Shown piece after piece: positions 49,846 through 63,800 of a DNA stretch of 64,000 nt. The notes under the pieces are model-generated. The model saw only the letters and a program-made list of their open reading frames with translations, ran no database searches and had not been told where the DNA came from. Numbering within the stretch: position 1 is the stretch's first letter; every line of letters starts with the position of its first letter. A program made the position numbers and the translations under genes. Location: the NCBI RefSeq assembly GCF_003918875.1, contig NW_025765076.1, positions 186,001 through 250,000 of the forward strand, written 5' to 3'. Source of the stretch: Haliotis rubra (lineage: Eukaryota).

Positions 49846-52321
49846 TCACGTGGACATGCTGTCGGAGAGAGACTGGTGACCCTGTTCTCTGGCTACCATG
49901 GCAGCTGTAGACCCGAAGTGGTTTCTCGCCTCCACGTCGACCATGTCCATCTGGATGATGTGGTTCACCATCCCCTCATTCCCTCCACTGCATGCAACAT
50001 GGAGGACGTTGTCCCCATTCACTGTCAACACAGACACGTCACATTCTTCACTGACGAGAAAGTCAAACACCTTAATGTGCCCATGCTTTGCTGCCAACAT
50101 GAGCGGTGTCATTCCCAGGAGTTCTGTACAGTTGATGTCGACCAAGTCGCGCAGTACCACGTACTCCACCATCGCCAGGTGGCCGCCGCTGCAGGCAACG
50201 TGCAGCAGGTTATCGCCTTCGTCATTCACGAGAGACACATCGGCTCCCCGTCTGATCAGAAGGTCCACCACGCTGACATAACCCATGCGTGCCGCGACCA
50301 TCACTGCCGTCCGCCCGTACTGGTTCCTGGTGTCCAGGTTTACATGGTATTTGTACAGGATGTGCTTCACCATGTCCACGTGACCTCCATAGCAAGCCAC
50401 ATGGAGGATGTTGTCCCCGTGGTCACTGACCAGTGCCACATCGCCGCCTCTGCTGACCAGCAGGTCAAACACTCCTTTATGACCCCAGCGAGCGGCGATC
50501 ATGACAGGGGTTCGGCCGTACTCGCCTCTGCTGTTGATGTCCACGACATGCTTGGACAGGACATACTTCACAATGTCGGCGTTGCCGCCGATACACACCA
50601 CGTGGAGGATGTTGTTGTTGTAGTCATCCACCAGAGACACGTCACCACCTTTACTGATGAGCAAGTCCAGCACGTCTCTGTGTCCCCCCTCAGCTGCTGC
50701 CATCAGCGGCGTTCCCCCGTACTGACCTCCACTGTTGATGTCTACGATGTCCAGAGATATGATGCACTCCACCATCGTCACGTGTCCTCCAATACAGGCA
50801 ACATGAAGGATGCTGTCGCCGTTGTCGTCAACACATCCCAGGTCACTTCCTTTACAGACAAGAAAGTAAAACACATCTCGATGTCCAGACTCGGCAGCTA
50901 GCATCACCGCAGTCCTCCCATACCTGCCTCTGCTGTTGATGTCAGCATTACTCAGTGAGAGGACGTATTTCACCATTTCTACATCATCTCCCAAGGAAGC
51001 GATGTGAAGGATGTTGTTACCGTCATCGTCCACCAAGGATGGGTCACCGCCTTTACGTACGAGGACATCAAACACTTGTCTGTTTCCCGCTAAAGCTGCC
51101 ACCATGAGTGGCGTCCGTCCCCCCTTCCCCCGACAGTTGATGTCAAACAGATCCAGACTGAGGACGTGCAGCACCGTCTCATCATGGCCTCCAAGACAGG
51201 CTATGTGGAGGAGGTTGTTGCGATCGGCATCAGTCACAGACAAATCACACCCATGCTGTTTAAGTACACCAATTACTGTTGTGTGACCCCTCTCTGCTGC
51301 AACCATCAGCGGTGTGCGTCCATTGCTTCCTGTACTGTTGATTCCAGAAATGTTGTCGGAGATGACACGCCGTACAATCTCCACACATCCACCACGACAC
51401 GCCATGTGAAGTATGTTATTGTTGCTAGTGTCTTTTAGCGACAGGTCAGCTCCTTTACTGACCAGCAAGTCGAACACACCTCTGTGACCTCCCTCTGCTG
51501 CAAGCATCAATGGCGTCTGTCCGTTGCCTGATTTACTGTTGATACGGGAGATGCGTTTAGAGAGAAAATGGAGCACCATGTTGTTACTTCCACCCCGACA
51601 CGCCGCATGGAGGACGTTTTCACCATTAGAGTCCACAAGTGATACATCACCACCATTATCAACAAGTACTTTTAACACGCCCTGTGTCCATACATTGCCG
51701 CAATCATCACGGGTGTCCGCCCATTCATTCCCCGACAGTTGACGCCGACAATGTGCTTAGACAGGATGTGCTTGACCATAGGCACATTGTCTCTATGACA
51801 GGCCAGGTGTAAGATGGTGTCGCCTTGTTCGCTCAGTAGAGACAGGTCCGCTCCAACCCTCTCCAGGAGATCAAACAGACTAACATGTCCACCCCATGCC
51901 GCTTTCATGACTGGTGTTCGTCCAAACTTTCCTCGACTGTCTATATCTATAAAGTTTTGTGAAAGGATGTATTTCACTATCTCTATATTACCTCCCAAAC
52001 AGGCGAAGTGGAGAATGTTGTCATCATCATTGCTCAAGCGAGTTACGTCACTTCCGTTTGTAACAAGGAAGTGGAACACCTCGTCATGTCCACACCTGGC
52101 TGCTAGCATCACCGGTGTCCTACCGACCCGCCCTTCAGCGTTCACGTCAGTTTGAGCACTGGACACCAGGTGTTGGACTTGTTGCAACTTGCCTCTTTTA
52201 CAGGCGACGTGGAGGTCACTGTCAGAACTCGCCTCGCGTGGTGGAGGAGGGACATGATCGACATTGATGTGACCTTCACCTTCCGAAGATGGAGGAGGAG
52301 AGGGAGCGCTGTCTGTTGTCT
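49846..52321 (-). CDS. Gene E: large ankyrin-repeat exon (~825 aa, ~23 repeats, Pro-rich linker at N-terminus); 1-nt frameshift near 51680
   Basis: Acceptor ttgcAG at 52323-52322 (phase 1); ETTDSAPSPPPSSEG...HVPPPPREASSDSDLHVAC; ORFs 51672-52394 and 49846-51678 join at MYGHR/GVLKVL. Confidence 0.93.
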
Positions 52322-52524
52322 CTGCAACATCAAATATATATTCAAACCATGCATGACTGTTTTGCCTAAAACCAAGCTGTAGCTCAGCTGACAACAGCTA
52401 AGACAGACACTTACAAGTTGAGTTTTTCTGATATGCAACTCTTGATATTAGTGGCATTATAACTTGACAAATTCAATGATATGTGAGCTGACATCACCTT
52501 GCGTAGAGTCGATGGTGACCATAC

Positions 52525-52562
52525 CTTCAAGTCTGCCAGGATTCTCCATCACGATGTCGTAT
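52525..52562 (-). CDS. Candidate small upstream exon of gene E
   Basis: atgcAG acceptor, G|GTATGG donor, phase 2-1, (R)YDIVMENPGRLE in frame with the ankyrin exon; contains a possible start Met. Confidence 0.45.
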
Positions 52563-53389
52563 CTGCATTAGTCCTTCTGTCTGCAGCCAGACTCACAAAG
52601 ATGAACGATGCTTGTAGTGCACTAAAACTGAATCAAAAGAAATTTAAAGCGAATCATTTCTACGAATGTACAATCATTGTTTGACAAAGGATGTTAAGCA
52701 GTTGACTTTCAGCCGACTGGGACCATTTCTAGATATGTTGGTGTCGGAGATGTGAGACCACAAAGTTATTTTCAAAATTGTCATTGTTGAAAATGTTCTA
52801 AAATAGGTACTTCACTTCGTATAAACTCCTGACTTTAAAATACATTGATGCCTCATGTCATACAAAACTGACGGCCTGTCCCCCCAAGTAAATCAGACTG
52901 CATTATTGATATAGATCTACCAGCACGTCCATGTTGGCAACCCTGCAGGTGATGGTGATACAGTATTTTCAAAACCTGGAAAGATGCATTATATTTGGGA
53001 TATTAGTTTACCCATATACATGCCCTACTCTGCCGGTAATACATTTAATTATAAAAAGTAAGACCCGGTGGGTCAACACTGCCTCCTCCAACGCCCCTGC
53101 CAAACTACTGTTTCCTGTAAACACTCGGCTCTGGAGCGGACAATGCGGGGACAAAAACACGACCCACGCCATCGCGATATGACGTCACGGTGTCCGTCAG
53201 GCCTGATCACACCAACAATATCGGGGGAGCATATTGACAGTCAGCCAGTAGGCATTTATGTCACCGCAATCTTCTGTCCATGTTGTAGGCATTGACACAA
53301 ACAATCAGCTGGATTCAGTTCTGACCTTGAAACGATCAAGGTCAAATTGGAATAATTTATCACGGTGACCTGGAACAGAATGATATGCC

Positions 53390-53990
53390 AAACCCTGCCT
53401 TAACACGTCAATCCTACCTTAACACGTCAATCCTGCCTTAACACGTCAACCATGCCTTAACACGTCAACCCTGCCTTAACACGTCAATCCTGCCTTAACA
53501 CGTCAACCCTGCCTTAACACGTCTAGCATGCCTTAACACGTCAACCCTGCCTTAACACGTCAATCCTGCCTTAACACGTCAACCCTGCCTTAACACGTCA
53601 AGCATGCCTTAACACGTCAACCCTGCCCTGCCTTAACACGTCAACCATGCCTTAACACTGACCCTGCCTTAACACGTCAAGCAAGCCTTAACACGTCAAC
53701 CATGCCTTAACACGTCAACCCTGCCTTAACAAGTCAACCCTGCCTTAACACGTCAACCCTGCCTTAACACGTCAAGCATGCCTTAACACGTCAACCCTGC
53801 CTAAACACGTCAACCCTGCCTTAACACGTCAAGCATGCCTTAACACGTCAACCCTGCCTTAACACGTCAAGCATACCTTAACACGTCAACCCTGCCTTAA
53901 CACGTCAACCCTGCCTTAACACGTCAAGCATGCCTTAACACGTCAATCCTGCCTTAACACGTCAACCCTGCCTTAACACGTCAAGCATGC
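53390..53990. repeat. 20-bp minisatellite, about 30 copies
   Basis: CCTGCCTTAACACGTCAACC and variants. Confidence 0.96.
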
Positions 53991-54289
53991 CACCATGTGT
54001 TTCATCGTTCCATGCTAACAACAGACATAGAGGACAACATGGAACATTCACAAGAAATACGAGTATCAATACAACACAGGATTTCATATACGACTAAGTT
54101 GTGAATTACGAAAAGAATAAGTCACGATCACCGTACCTGTAGCGCCCAACTCTGTCCCAGGACAAACTCCCCCGACGGTCTAACACAGGACAGGTGACAG
54201 GTTGTACGTATTGTATATACACGTGCAAGCCTGGGCATGGCACACCTGAACGTGAAGACTGACAATGTGTCCGGTAAGTATGTTAAGTA

Positions 54290-55850
54290 CAGTATGTTGT
54301 GTTGGTACTGCTGGATATGTAGTACCGCCAGCTATGAGGTAACCATTACTCTGTTACTGTTGTAAGTATGCCAAGTACAGTGTTGGTAATGCTGGATATG
54401 TAGTACCGCCAGCTATGAGGTAACCATTACTCTGTTACTGTTGTAAGTATGCCAAGTACAGTGTTGGTAATGCTGGATATGTAGTACCGCCAGCTATGAG
54501 GTAAACCATTACCTGTTACTGTTGTAAGTATGCCAAGTACAGTGTTGGTACTGCTGGATATGTAGTACCGCCAGCTATGAGGTAACCATTACTCTGTTAC
54601 TGTTGTAAGTATGCCAAGTACAGTGTTGGTACTGCTGGATATGTAGTACCGCCAGCTATGAGGTAACCATTACTCTGTTACTGTTGTAAGTATGCCAAGT
54701 ACAGTGTTGGTACTGCTGGATATGTAGTACCGCCAGCTATGAGGTAACCATTACTCTGTTACTGTTGTAAGTATGCCAAGTACAGTGTTGGTACTGCTGA
54801 TATGTAAGTACCGCCAGCTATGAGGTAACCATTACTCTGTTACTGTTGTAAGTATGCCAGGTACAGTGTTGGTACTGCTGGATATGTAGTACCGCCAGCT
54901 ATGAGGTAACCATTACTCTGTTACTGTTGATGCCAAGTACAGTGTTGGTACTGCTGGATATGTAGTACCGCCAGCTATGAGGTAACCATTACTCTGTTAC
55001 TGTTGATGCCAAGTACAGTGTTGGTACTGCTGGATATGTAGTACCGCCAGCTATGAGGTAACCATTACTCTGTTACTGTTGTAAGTATGCCAAGTACAGT
55101 GTTGGTACTGCTGGATATGTAGTACCGCCAGCTATGAGGTAACCATTACTCTGTTACTGTTGTAAGTATGCCAAGTACAGTGTTGGTACTGCTGGATATG
55201 TAGTACCGCCAGCTATGAGGTAACCATTACCTGTTACTGTTGTGGCATGCCAAGTACAGTGTTGGTACTGCTGGATATGTAGTACCGCCAGCTATGAGGT
55301 AACCATTACTCTGTTACTGTTGTAAGTATGCCAAGTACAGTGTTGGTACTGCTGGATATGTAGTACCGCCAGCTATGAGGTAACCATTACTCTGTTACTG
55401 TTGATGCCAAGTACAGTGTTGGTACTGCTGGATATGTAGTACCGCCAGCTATGAGGTAACCATTACTCTGTTACTGTTGATGCCAAGTACAGTGTTGGTA
55501 CTGCTGGATATGTAGTACCGCCAGCTATGAGGTAACCATTACTCTGTTACTGTTGTAAGTATGCCAAGTACAGTGTTGGTACTGCTGGATATGTAGTACC
55601 GCCAGCTATGAGGTAACCATTACTCTGTTACTGTTGATGCCAAGTACAGTGTTGGTACTGCTGGATATGTAGTACCGCCAGCTATGAGGTAACCATTACT
55701 CTGTTACTGTTGATGCCAAGTACAGTGTTGGTACTGCTGGATATGTAGTACTGCCAGCTATGAGGTAACCATTACTCTGTTACTGTTGTAAGTATGCCAA
55801 GTACAGTGTTGGTACTGCTGGATATGTAGTACTGCCAGCTATGCCACAAC
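54290..55850. repeat. 81-bp tandem repeat (76-bp deletion variant), about 19 copies
   Basis: GTTGGTACTGCTGGATATGTAGTACCGCCAGCTATGAGGTAACCATTACTCTGTTACTGTTGTAAGTATGCCAAGTACAGT; starts at 54301 and 54382. Confidence 0.96.
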
Positions 55851-56924
55851 CATTACTATGTTGACAACACAGTTAAAATGTTGTTGTTGTGTAGAGAATG
55901 CGGGAATATGAATGTTACGTATACTGTGTTACTCACCAAGTGATAATGTAAAGTAGTAAATTAACTCGTCACCAAATCGAAGCGACTGTCGGTCCTTGTC
56001 GTCACGACTGTAATGTAATCAGTTTTAGCATTGTCATTTAAAACTAACTGACAAGTGATGATACCAAGGCTGTAGGCCTAACACCACGATAGACATGGAG
56101 TTTTAGTACACGTCTATTAAATACAGATGCACATCAATATCTTATATACTGGATTCACCTATGGCTTCTAAATATGTTCCACGAGCAGGCAGTTTTCAAG
56201 ATCCCGTCCTGTAGCAGTTTTTTCCCCAGATCATTATCATTATTATAAAATATAGCGCCGAGTTCCAGCTTGGCTGCTCACAGGCACTTTTTGTTTTCCC
56301 TCGATCATAGGATGTCAATCTCAACGACACATGGTATTCTCAATCTCAACTCCCTGGGGACCATACTAGGCAAGTTAATGTGGCTTTCCCATCCTTACGA
56401 GATAGTAACCAAACACACGCTCCGATTAAAAGATCTTTATTTGCAAAACCTTTTTTGTATGGAAATTAAGCAGCTCTGGAACACATAATTACACAATAAA
56501 TAACAGGTGTAACTATCAGTTAAAGTCTTTAATTTTACCCGATAATCATATCTATCATCCATTAAGATCTATCATCCACACAATCAGACACAGAAATCAT
56601 GCTGCACAATACAATGGCGTGATACGTCATCCAAGGGCAATGTCCCCTTGTCTAGACATTAGCCACATTATAGTTACATAGTCTGTAAACATACGTATAA
56701 ATGTACATTTCGAAGGAATAAATATAGATAATTATGCACAGAATGTGTTCATTAAAGTTGAAATTCCCATGCCGTCCTACACATATATTACAGTTTAATG
56801 CTTACCTTTGTGCTGATATCAAGGCGCCATTCGAAACTGCCACACGAAGAAAATGTCATTTTCATCAACATGACTGAAAAATACATGGAGAATAAATACA
56901 GTTTTAGACATTAGATACATACTG

Positions 56925-56928
56925 AACA

Positions 56929-56966
<38 letters not shown>

Positions 56967-56990
56967 CGCATGCACGCACGCACGCACACA
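56925..56990. repeat. (CA)n/(CACG)n microsatellite
   Basis: Direct observation. Confidence 0.93.
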
Positions 56991-57899
56991 TATGAGCACA
57001 TGTACATGCGCACACAGTTACAGGGACGCGCGAATCTGAATCCGTACGTTACACTCGCTCACGACATCTCACGAAACAGTGCATGCAATATTGCCAACCC
57101 ACGTATTTTATTCATTCATTTACCAGAAGTGATAAGTTGTTCAGCTAAATGATTATATATAATGATTATATGATTTTATATAAATATAGTCACAGTGTTA
57201 AAACGTCGGGTGAAGTTAAAACAAATATATTCAACGCATATCTCCTTCGTCTTATCAGTATATGGTTTCCGTTAATGATTTGCGATCAAAGGGAGATAAT
57301 TCACGTCATTTACAGCGCCAAACATGACAAGACCATATGATCAGTGTCATTGTCCAAGGAAGTTAACGATGTTATTTATTATTCCGTGGTATGTAGCTGT
57401 CTCTCTACATGAAGCGACAAAAAGATAGCATGACCGAGCTAAACTAACCACTGATCTGATGTTATGGATTTCTTTTTTTATTTAAATCATATTTATTCTC
57501 CAAATTGAATGGGATTGGTCGACAGGCACAGCCAATTTGAACACTTCTCCATAAAGTTTACATATCATATTTAGATACCTGTGTTTATTGTTGAAAGTAT
57601 TCAGCCACAGCTCACAAGTCACACATACATAAACACCTACATATTCAGTACCAAACAAAAACGGTGCATACATGAACTAACATGCCTACACATATTCGCT
57701 GCCCCACATAGATATATATTCTTCACAAATATTAAAAAGTTAACCTAAAGGTTTTAGATTTAACAATAAATAAATGCAGTAGATTCGTTGTATATAGTAC
57801 TGAATCCAAGTCATGTACATTATATGTAACGTATTATTAAGAATAGTTTCGACATAGAAAAGAAAGTTATGTCCGTGTCCAACAAGAGCAGGAAGACTA

Positions 57900-60800
57900 C
57901 ACGAGAATATGGTGTTTGAGTGCATTTAAGTCACTGCATGTTAACCTGAGGTGGGAATGGATACTGACGGGAACATGATGTTTGAGTACATGTAAGTCAC
58001 TGCATGTTAATCTGAGGTGGGAATGGATACTGACGGGAACATGATGTTTGAGTACATTTAAGTCACTGCATGTTAACCTGAGGTGGGAATGGATACTGAC
58101 GAGAACATGATGTTTGAGTACATTTAAGTCACTGCATGTTAACCTGAGGTGGGAATGGATACTGACGAGAACCATGATGTTTGAGTACCTGTAAGTCACT
58201 GCATGTTAACCTGAGGTGGGAATGGATACTGACGAGAACATGGTGTTTGAGTACCTGTAAGTCACTGCATGTTAACCTGAGGTGGGAATGGATACTGACG
58301 AGAACATGGTGTTTGAGTACCTGTAAGTCACTGCATGTTAACCTGAGGTGGGAATGGATACTTACGGGAACATGATGTTTGAGTACATGTAAGTCACTGC
58401 ATGTTAATCTGAGGTGGGAATGGATACTGACGGGAACATGATGTTTGAGTACATTTAAGTCACTGCATGTTAACCTGAGGTGGGAATGGATACTGACGAG
58501 AACATGATGTTTGAGTACATTTAAGTCACTGCATGTTAACCTGAGGTGGGAATGGATACTGACGAGAACCATGATGTTTGAGTACCTGTAAGTCACTGCA
58601 TGTTAACCTGAGGTGGGAATGGATACTGACGAGAACATGGTGTTTGAGTACCTGTAAGTCACTGCATGTTAACCTGAGGTGGGAATGGATACTGACGAGA
58701 ACATGGTGTTTGAGTACCTGTAAGTCACTGCATGTTAACCTGAGGTGGGAATGGATACTGACGGGAACATGGTGTTTGAGTACATTTAAGTCACTGCATG
58801 TTAACCTGAGGTGGGAATGGATACTGACGAGAACATGGTGTTTCAGTACCTGTAAGTCACTGCATGTTAACCTGAGGTGGGAATGGATACTGACGAGAAC
58901 ATGGTGTTTGAGTACCTGTAAGTCACTGCATGTTAACCTGAGGTGGAATGGATACTGACGAGAACATGGTGTTTGAGTACATTTAAGTCACTGCATGTTA
59001 ACCTGAGGTGGGAATGGATACTGACGAGAACATGGTGTTTGAGTACCTGTAAGTCACTGCATGTTCACCTGAGGTGGGAATGGATACTGACGAGAACATG
59101 GTGTTTGAGTACATTTAAGTCACTGCATGTTAATCTGAGGTGGGAGTGGATACTGACGAGAACATGATGTTTGAGTACCTGTAAGTCACTGCATGTTAAC
59201 CTGAGGTGGGAATGGATACTGACGAGAACATGATGTTTGAGTACCTGTAAGTCACTGCATGTTAACCTGAGGTGGGAATGGATACTGACGAGAACATGGT
59301 GTTTGAGTACCTGTAAGTCACTGCATGTTAACCTGAGGTGGGAATGGATACTGACGAGAACCATGATGTTTGAGTACCTGTAAGTCACTGCATGTTAACC
59401 TGAGGTGGGAATGGATACTGACGAGAACATGGTGTTTGAGTACATTTAAGTCACTGCATGTTAACCTGAGGTGGGAATGGATACTGACGGGAACATGGTG
59501 TTTGAGTACATTTAAGTCACTGCATGTTAACCTGAGGTGGGAATGGATACCGACGAGAACATGATGTTTGAGTACATTTAAGTCACTGCATGTTAACCTG
59601 AGGTGGGAATGGATACCGACGAGAACATGGTGTTTGAGTACATTTAAGTCACCGCATGTTAACCTGAGGTGGGAATGGATACCGACGGGAACATGGTGTT
59701 TGAGTACCTGTAAGTCACCGCATGTTAACCTGAGGTGGGAATGGATACCGACGAGAACATGGTGTTTGAGTACATTTAAGTCACTGCATGTTAACCTGAG
59801 GTGGGAATGGATACTGACGAGAACATGATGTTTCAGTACCTGTAAGTCACTGCATGTTAACCTGAGGTGGGAATGGATACTGACGGGAACATGGTGTTTG
59901 AGTACATTTAAGTCACTGCATGTTAACCTGAGGTGGGAATGGATACTGACGAGAACATGGTGTTTGAGTACCTGTAAGTCACTGCATGTTAACCTGAGGT
60001 GGGAATGGATACTGACGAGAACATGGTGTTTGAGTACCTGTAAGTCACTGCATGTTAACCTGAGGTGGGAATGGATACTGACGGGAACATGATGTTTGAG
60101 TACCTGTAAGTCACTGTATGTTAACCTGAGGTGGAAATGGATACCGACGAGAACATGGTGTTTGAGTACCTGTAAGTCACTGCATGTTAACCTGAGGTGG
60201 GAATGGATACTGACGAGAACATGGTGTTTGAGTACCTGTAAGTCACCTGCATGTTAACCTGAGGTGGGAATGGATACTGACGAGAACCATGATGTTTGAG
60301 TACCTGTAAGTCACTGCATGTTAACCTGAGGTGGGAGTGGATACTGACGAGAACATGGTGTTTCAGTACCTGTAAGTCACTGCATGTTAACCTGAGGTGG
60401 GAATGGATACTGACGAGAACATGATGTTTGAGTACCTGTAAGTCACTGCATGTTAACCTGAGGTGGGAATGGATACTGACGGGAACATGGTGTTTGAGTA
60501 CATTTAAGTCACCGCATGTTAACCTGAGGTGTGGAATGGATACTGACGAGAACATGGTGTTTGAGTACCTGTAAGTCACTGCATGTTCACCTGAGGTGGG
60601 AATGGATACTGACGAGAACATGGTGTTTGAGTACCTGTAAGTCACTGCATGTTCACCTGAGGTGGGAATGGATACTGACGAGAACATGGTGTTTGAGTAC
60701 ATTTAAGTCACTGCATGTTAATCTGAGGTGGGAGTGGATACTGACGAGAACATGATGTTTGAGTACCTGTAAGTCACTGCATGCTAACCTGAGGTGGGAA

Positions 60801-63800
60801 TGGATACTGACGAGAACATGGTGTTTGAGTACCTGTAAGTCACTGCATGTTCACCTGGAGGTGGGAATGGATACTGACGAGAACATGGTGTTTGAGCACA
60901 TTTAAGTCACCGCACGTTAATCTGAGGTGGGAATGGATACTGACGAGAACATGGTGTTTGAGCACCTGTAAGTCACCTGCATGTTAACCTGAGGTGGGAA
61001 TGGATACTGACGAGAACATGGTGTTTTTGAGTACCTGTAAGTCACTGCATGTTAACCTGAGGTGGGAATGGATACCTGACGAGAACATGGTGTTTGAGTA
61101 CCTGTAAGTCACTGCATGTTAACCTGAGGTGGGAATGGATACTGACGGGAACATGGTGTTTGAGTACCTGTAAGTCACTGCATGTTAACCTGAGGTGGGA
61201 ATGGATACCGACGAGAACATGGTGTTTGAGTACCCGTAAGTCACCGCATGTTAACCTGAGGTGGGAATGGATACTGACGAGAACATGGTGTTTGAGTACA
61301 TTTAAGTCACTGCATGTTAACCTGAGGTGGGAATGGATACTGACGAGAACATGGTGTTTGAGTACCTGTAAGTCACTGCATGTTAACCTGAGGTGGGAAT
61401 GGATACTGACGAGAACATGGTGTTTGAGTACCTGTAAGTCACCGTACGTTAACCTGAGGTGGGAATGGATACCGACGAGAACATGGTGTTTGAGTACATT
61501 TAAGTCACCGTGCATATGTTAACCTGAGGTGGGAATGGATACTGACGAGGAACATGGTGTTTGAGTACATTTAAGTCACTGCATGTTAACCTGAGGTGGG
61601 AATGGATACTGACGAGAACATGGTGTTTGAGCACATTTAAGTCACTGCATGTTAACCTGAGGTGGGAATGGATACTGACGAGAACATGGTGTTTGAGTAC
61701 CTGTAAGTCACCGCATGTTAACCTGAGGTGGGAATGGATACTGACGAGAACATGGTGTTTGAGTACATTTAAGTCACTGCATGTTAACCTGAGGTGGGAA
61801 TGGATACTGACGGGAACATGGTGTTTGAGTACATTTAAGTCACTGCATGTTAACCTGAGGTGGGAATAGATACTGACGAGAACATGGTGTTTGAGTACCT
61901 GTAAGTCACTGCATGTTAACCTGAGGTGGGAATGGATACTGACGGGAACATGGTGTTTGAGTACCTGTAAGTCACTGCATGTTAACCTGAGGTGGGAATA
62001 GATACTGACGAGAACATGGTGTTTGAGTACCTGTAAGTCACTGCATGTTAACCTGAGGTGGGAATGGATACTGACGAGAACATGGTGTTTGAGTACATTT
62101 AAGTCACTGCATGTTAACCTGAGGTGGGAATGGATACTGACGGGAACATGGTGTTTGAGTACATTTAAGTCACTGCATGTTAACCTGAGGTGGGAATGGA
62201 TACTGACGAGAACATGGTGTTTCAGTACCTGTAAGTCACCGCATGTTAACCTGAGGTGGGAATGGATACTGACGAGAACATGGTGTTTGAGTACCTGTAA
62301 GTCACTGCATGTTAACCTGAGGTGGGAATGGATACTGACGAGAACATGGTGTTTGAGTACCTGTAAGTCACTGCATGTTAACCTGAGGTGGGAATGGATA
62401 CTGACGAGAACATGGTGTTTGAGTACCTGTAAGTCACTGCATGTTAACCTGAGGTGGGAATGGATACTGACGGGAACATGGTGTTTGAGTACATTTAAGT
62501 CACTGCATGTTAACCTGAGGTGGGAATGGATACTGACGAGAACATGGTGTTTGAGTACCTGTAAGTCACTGCATGTTAACCTGAGGTGGGAATGGATACT
62601 GACGGGAACATGGTGTTTGAGTACATTTAAGTCACTGCATGTTAACCTGAGGTGGGAATGGATACTGACGAGAACATGGTGTTTGAGTACATTTAAGTCA
62701 CTGCATGTTAACCTGAGGTGGGAATGGATACTGACGAGAACATGATGTTTGAGTACATTTAAGTCTCTGCATGTTAACCTGAGGTGGGAATGGATACTGA
62801 CGAGAACATGGTGTTTGAGTACCTGTAAGTCACTGCATGTTAACCTGAGGTGGGAATGGATACTGACGAGAACATGGTGTTTGAGTACATTTAAGTCACT
62901 GCATGTTAACCTGAGGTGGAAATGGATACCGACGGGAACATGGTGTTTGAGTACATTTAAGTCACTGCATGTTAACCTGAGGTGGGAATGGATACTGACG
63001 AGAACATGGTGTTTCAGTACCTGTAAGTCACTGCATGTTAACCTGAGGTGGGAATGGATACTGACGAGAACACGATGTTTGAGTACATTTAAGTCACTGC
63101 ATGTTAACCTGAGGTGGGAATGGATACTGACGAGAACATGGTGTTTGAGTACCTGTAAGTCACTGCATGTTAACCTGAGGTGGGAATGGATACTGACGAG
63201 AACATGGTGTTTGAGTACATTTAAGTCACTGCATGTTAACCTGAGGTGGGAATGGATACTGACGGGAACATGGTGTTTGAGTACATTTAAGTCACTGCAT
63301 GTTAACCTGAGGTGGGAATGGATACTGACGAGAACATGGTGTTTCAGTACCTGTAAGTCACTGCATGTTAACCTGAGGTGGGAATGGATACTGACGAGAA
63401 CACGATGTTTGAGTACATTTAAGTCACTGCATGTTAACCTGAGGTGGGAATGGATACTGACGAGAACATGGTGTTTGAGTACCTGTAAGTCACTGCATGT
63501 TAACCTGAGGTGGGAATGGATACTGACGAGAACACGATGTTTGAGTACATTTAAGTCACTGCATGTTAACCTGAGGTGGGAATGGATACTGACGAGAACA
63601 TGGTGTTTGAGTACATTTAAGTCACTGCATGTTAACCTGAGGTGGGAATGGATACTGACGAGAACATGATGTTTGAGTACATTTAAGTCTCTGCATGTTA
63701 ACCTGAGGTGGGAATGGATACTGACGAGAACATGGTGTTTGAGTACCTGTAAGTCACTGCATGTTAACCTGAGGTGGGAATGGATACTGACGAGAACATG

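Noticed and set aside
42706-52155. Plus-strand ORFs overlapping the ankyrin exons
   Set aside because: Antisense shadows of repetitive coding sequence, with no recognisable domains.
3252-52321. A true Notch ortholog
   Set aside because: No LNR/NOD domains or calcium-binding EGF consensus, about 23 rather than about 7 ankyrin repeats, and the ankyrin exons lie upstream of the EGF exons in transcription order.
57897-63669. 22-aa repeat ORFs in the 66-bp satellite
   Set aside because: Open on both strands by virtue of unit length, with frequent TGG-to-TGA variants and indels, and no clear synonymous bias or exon boundaries.
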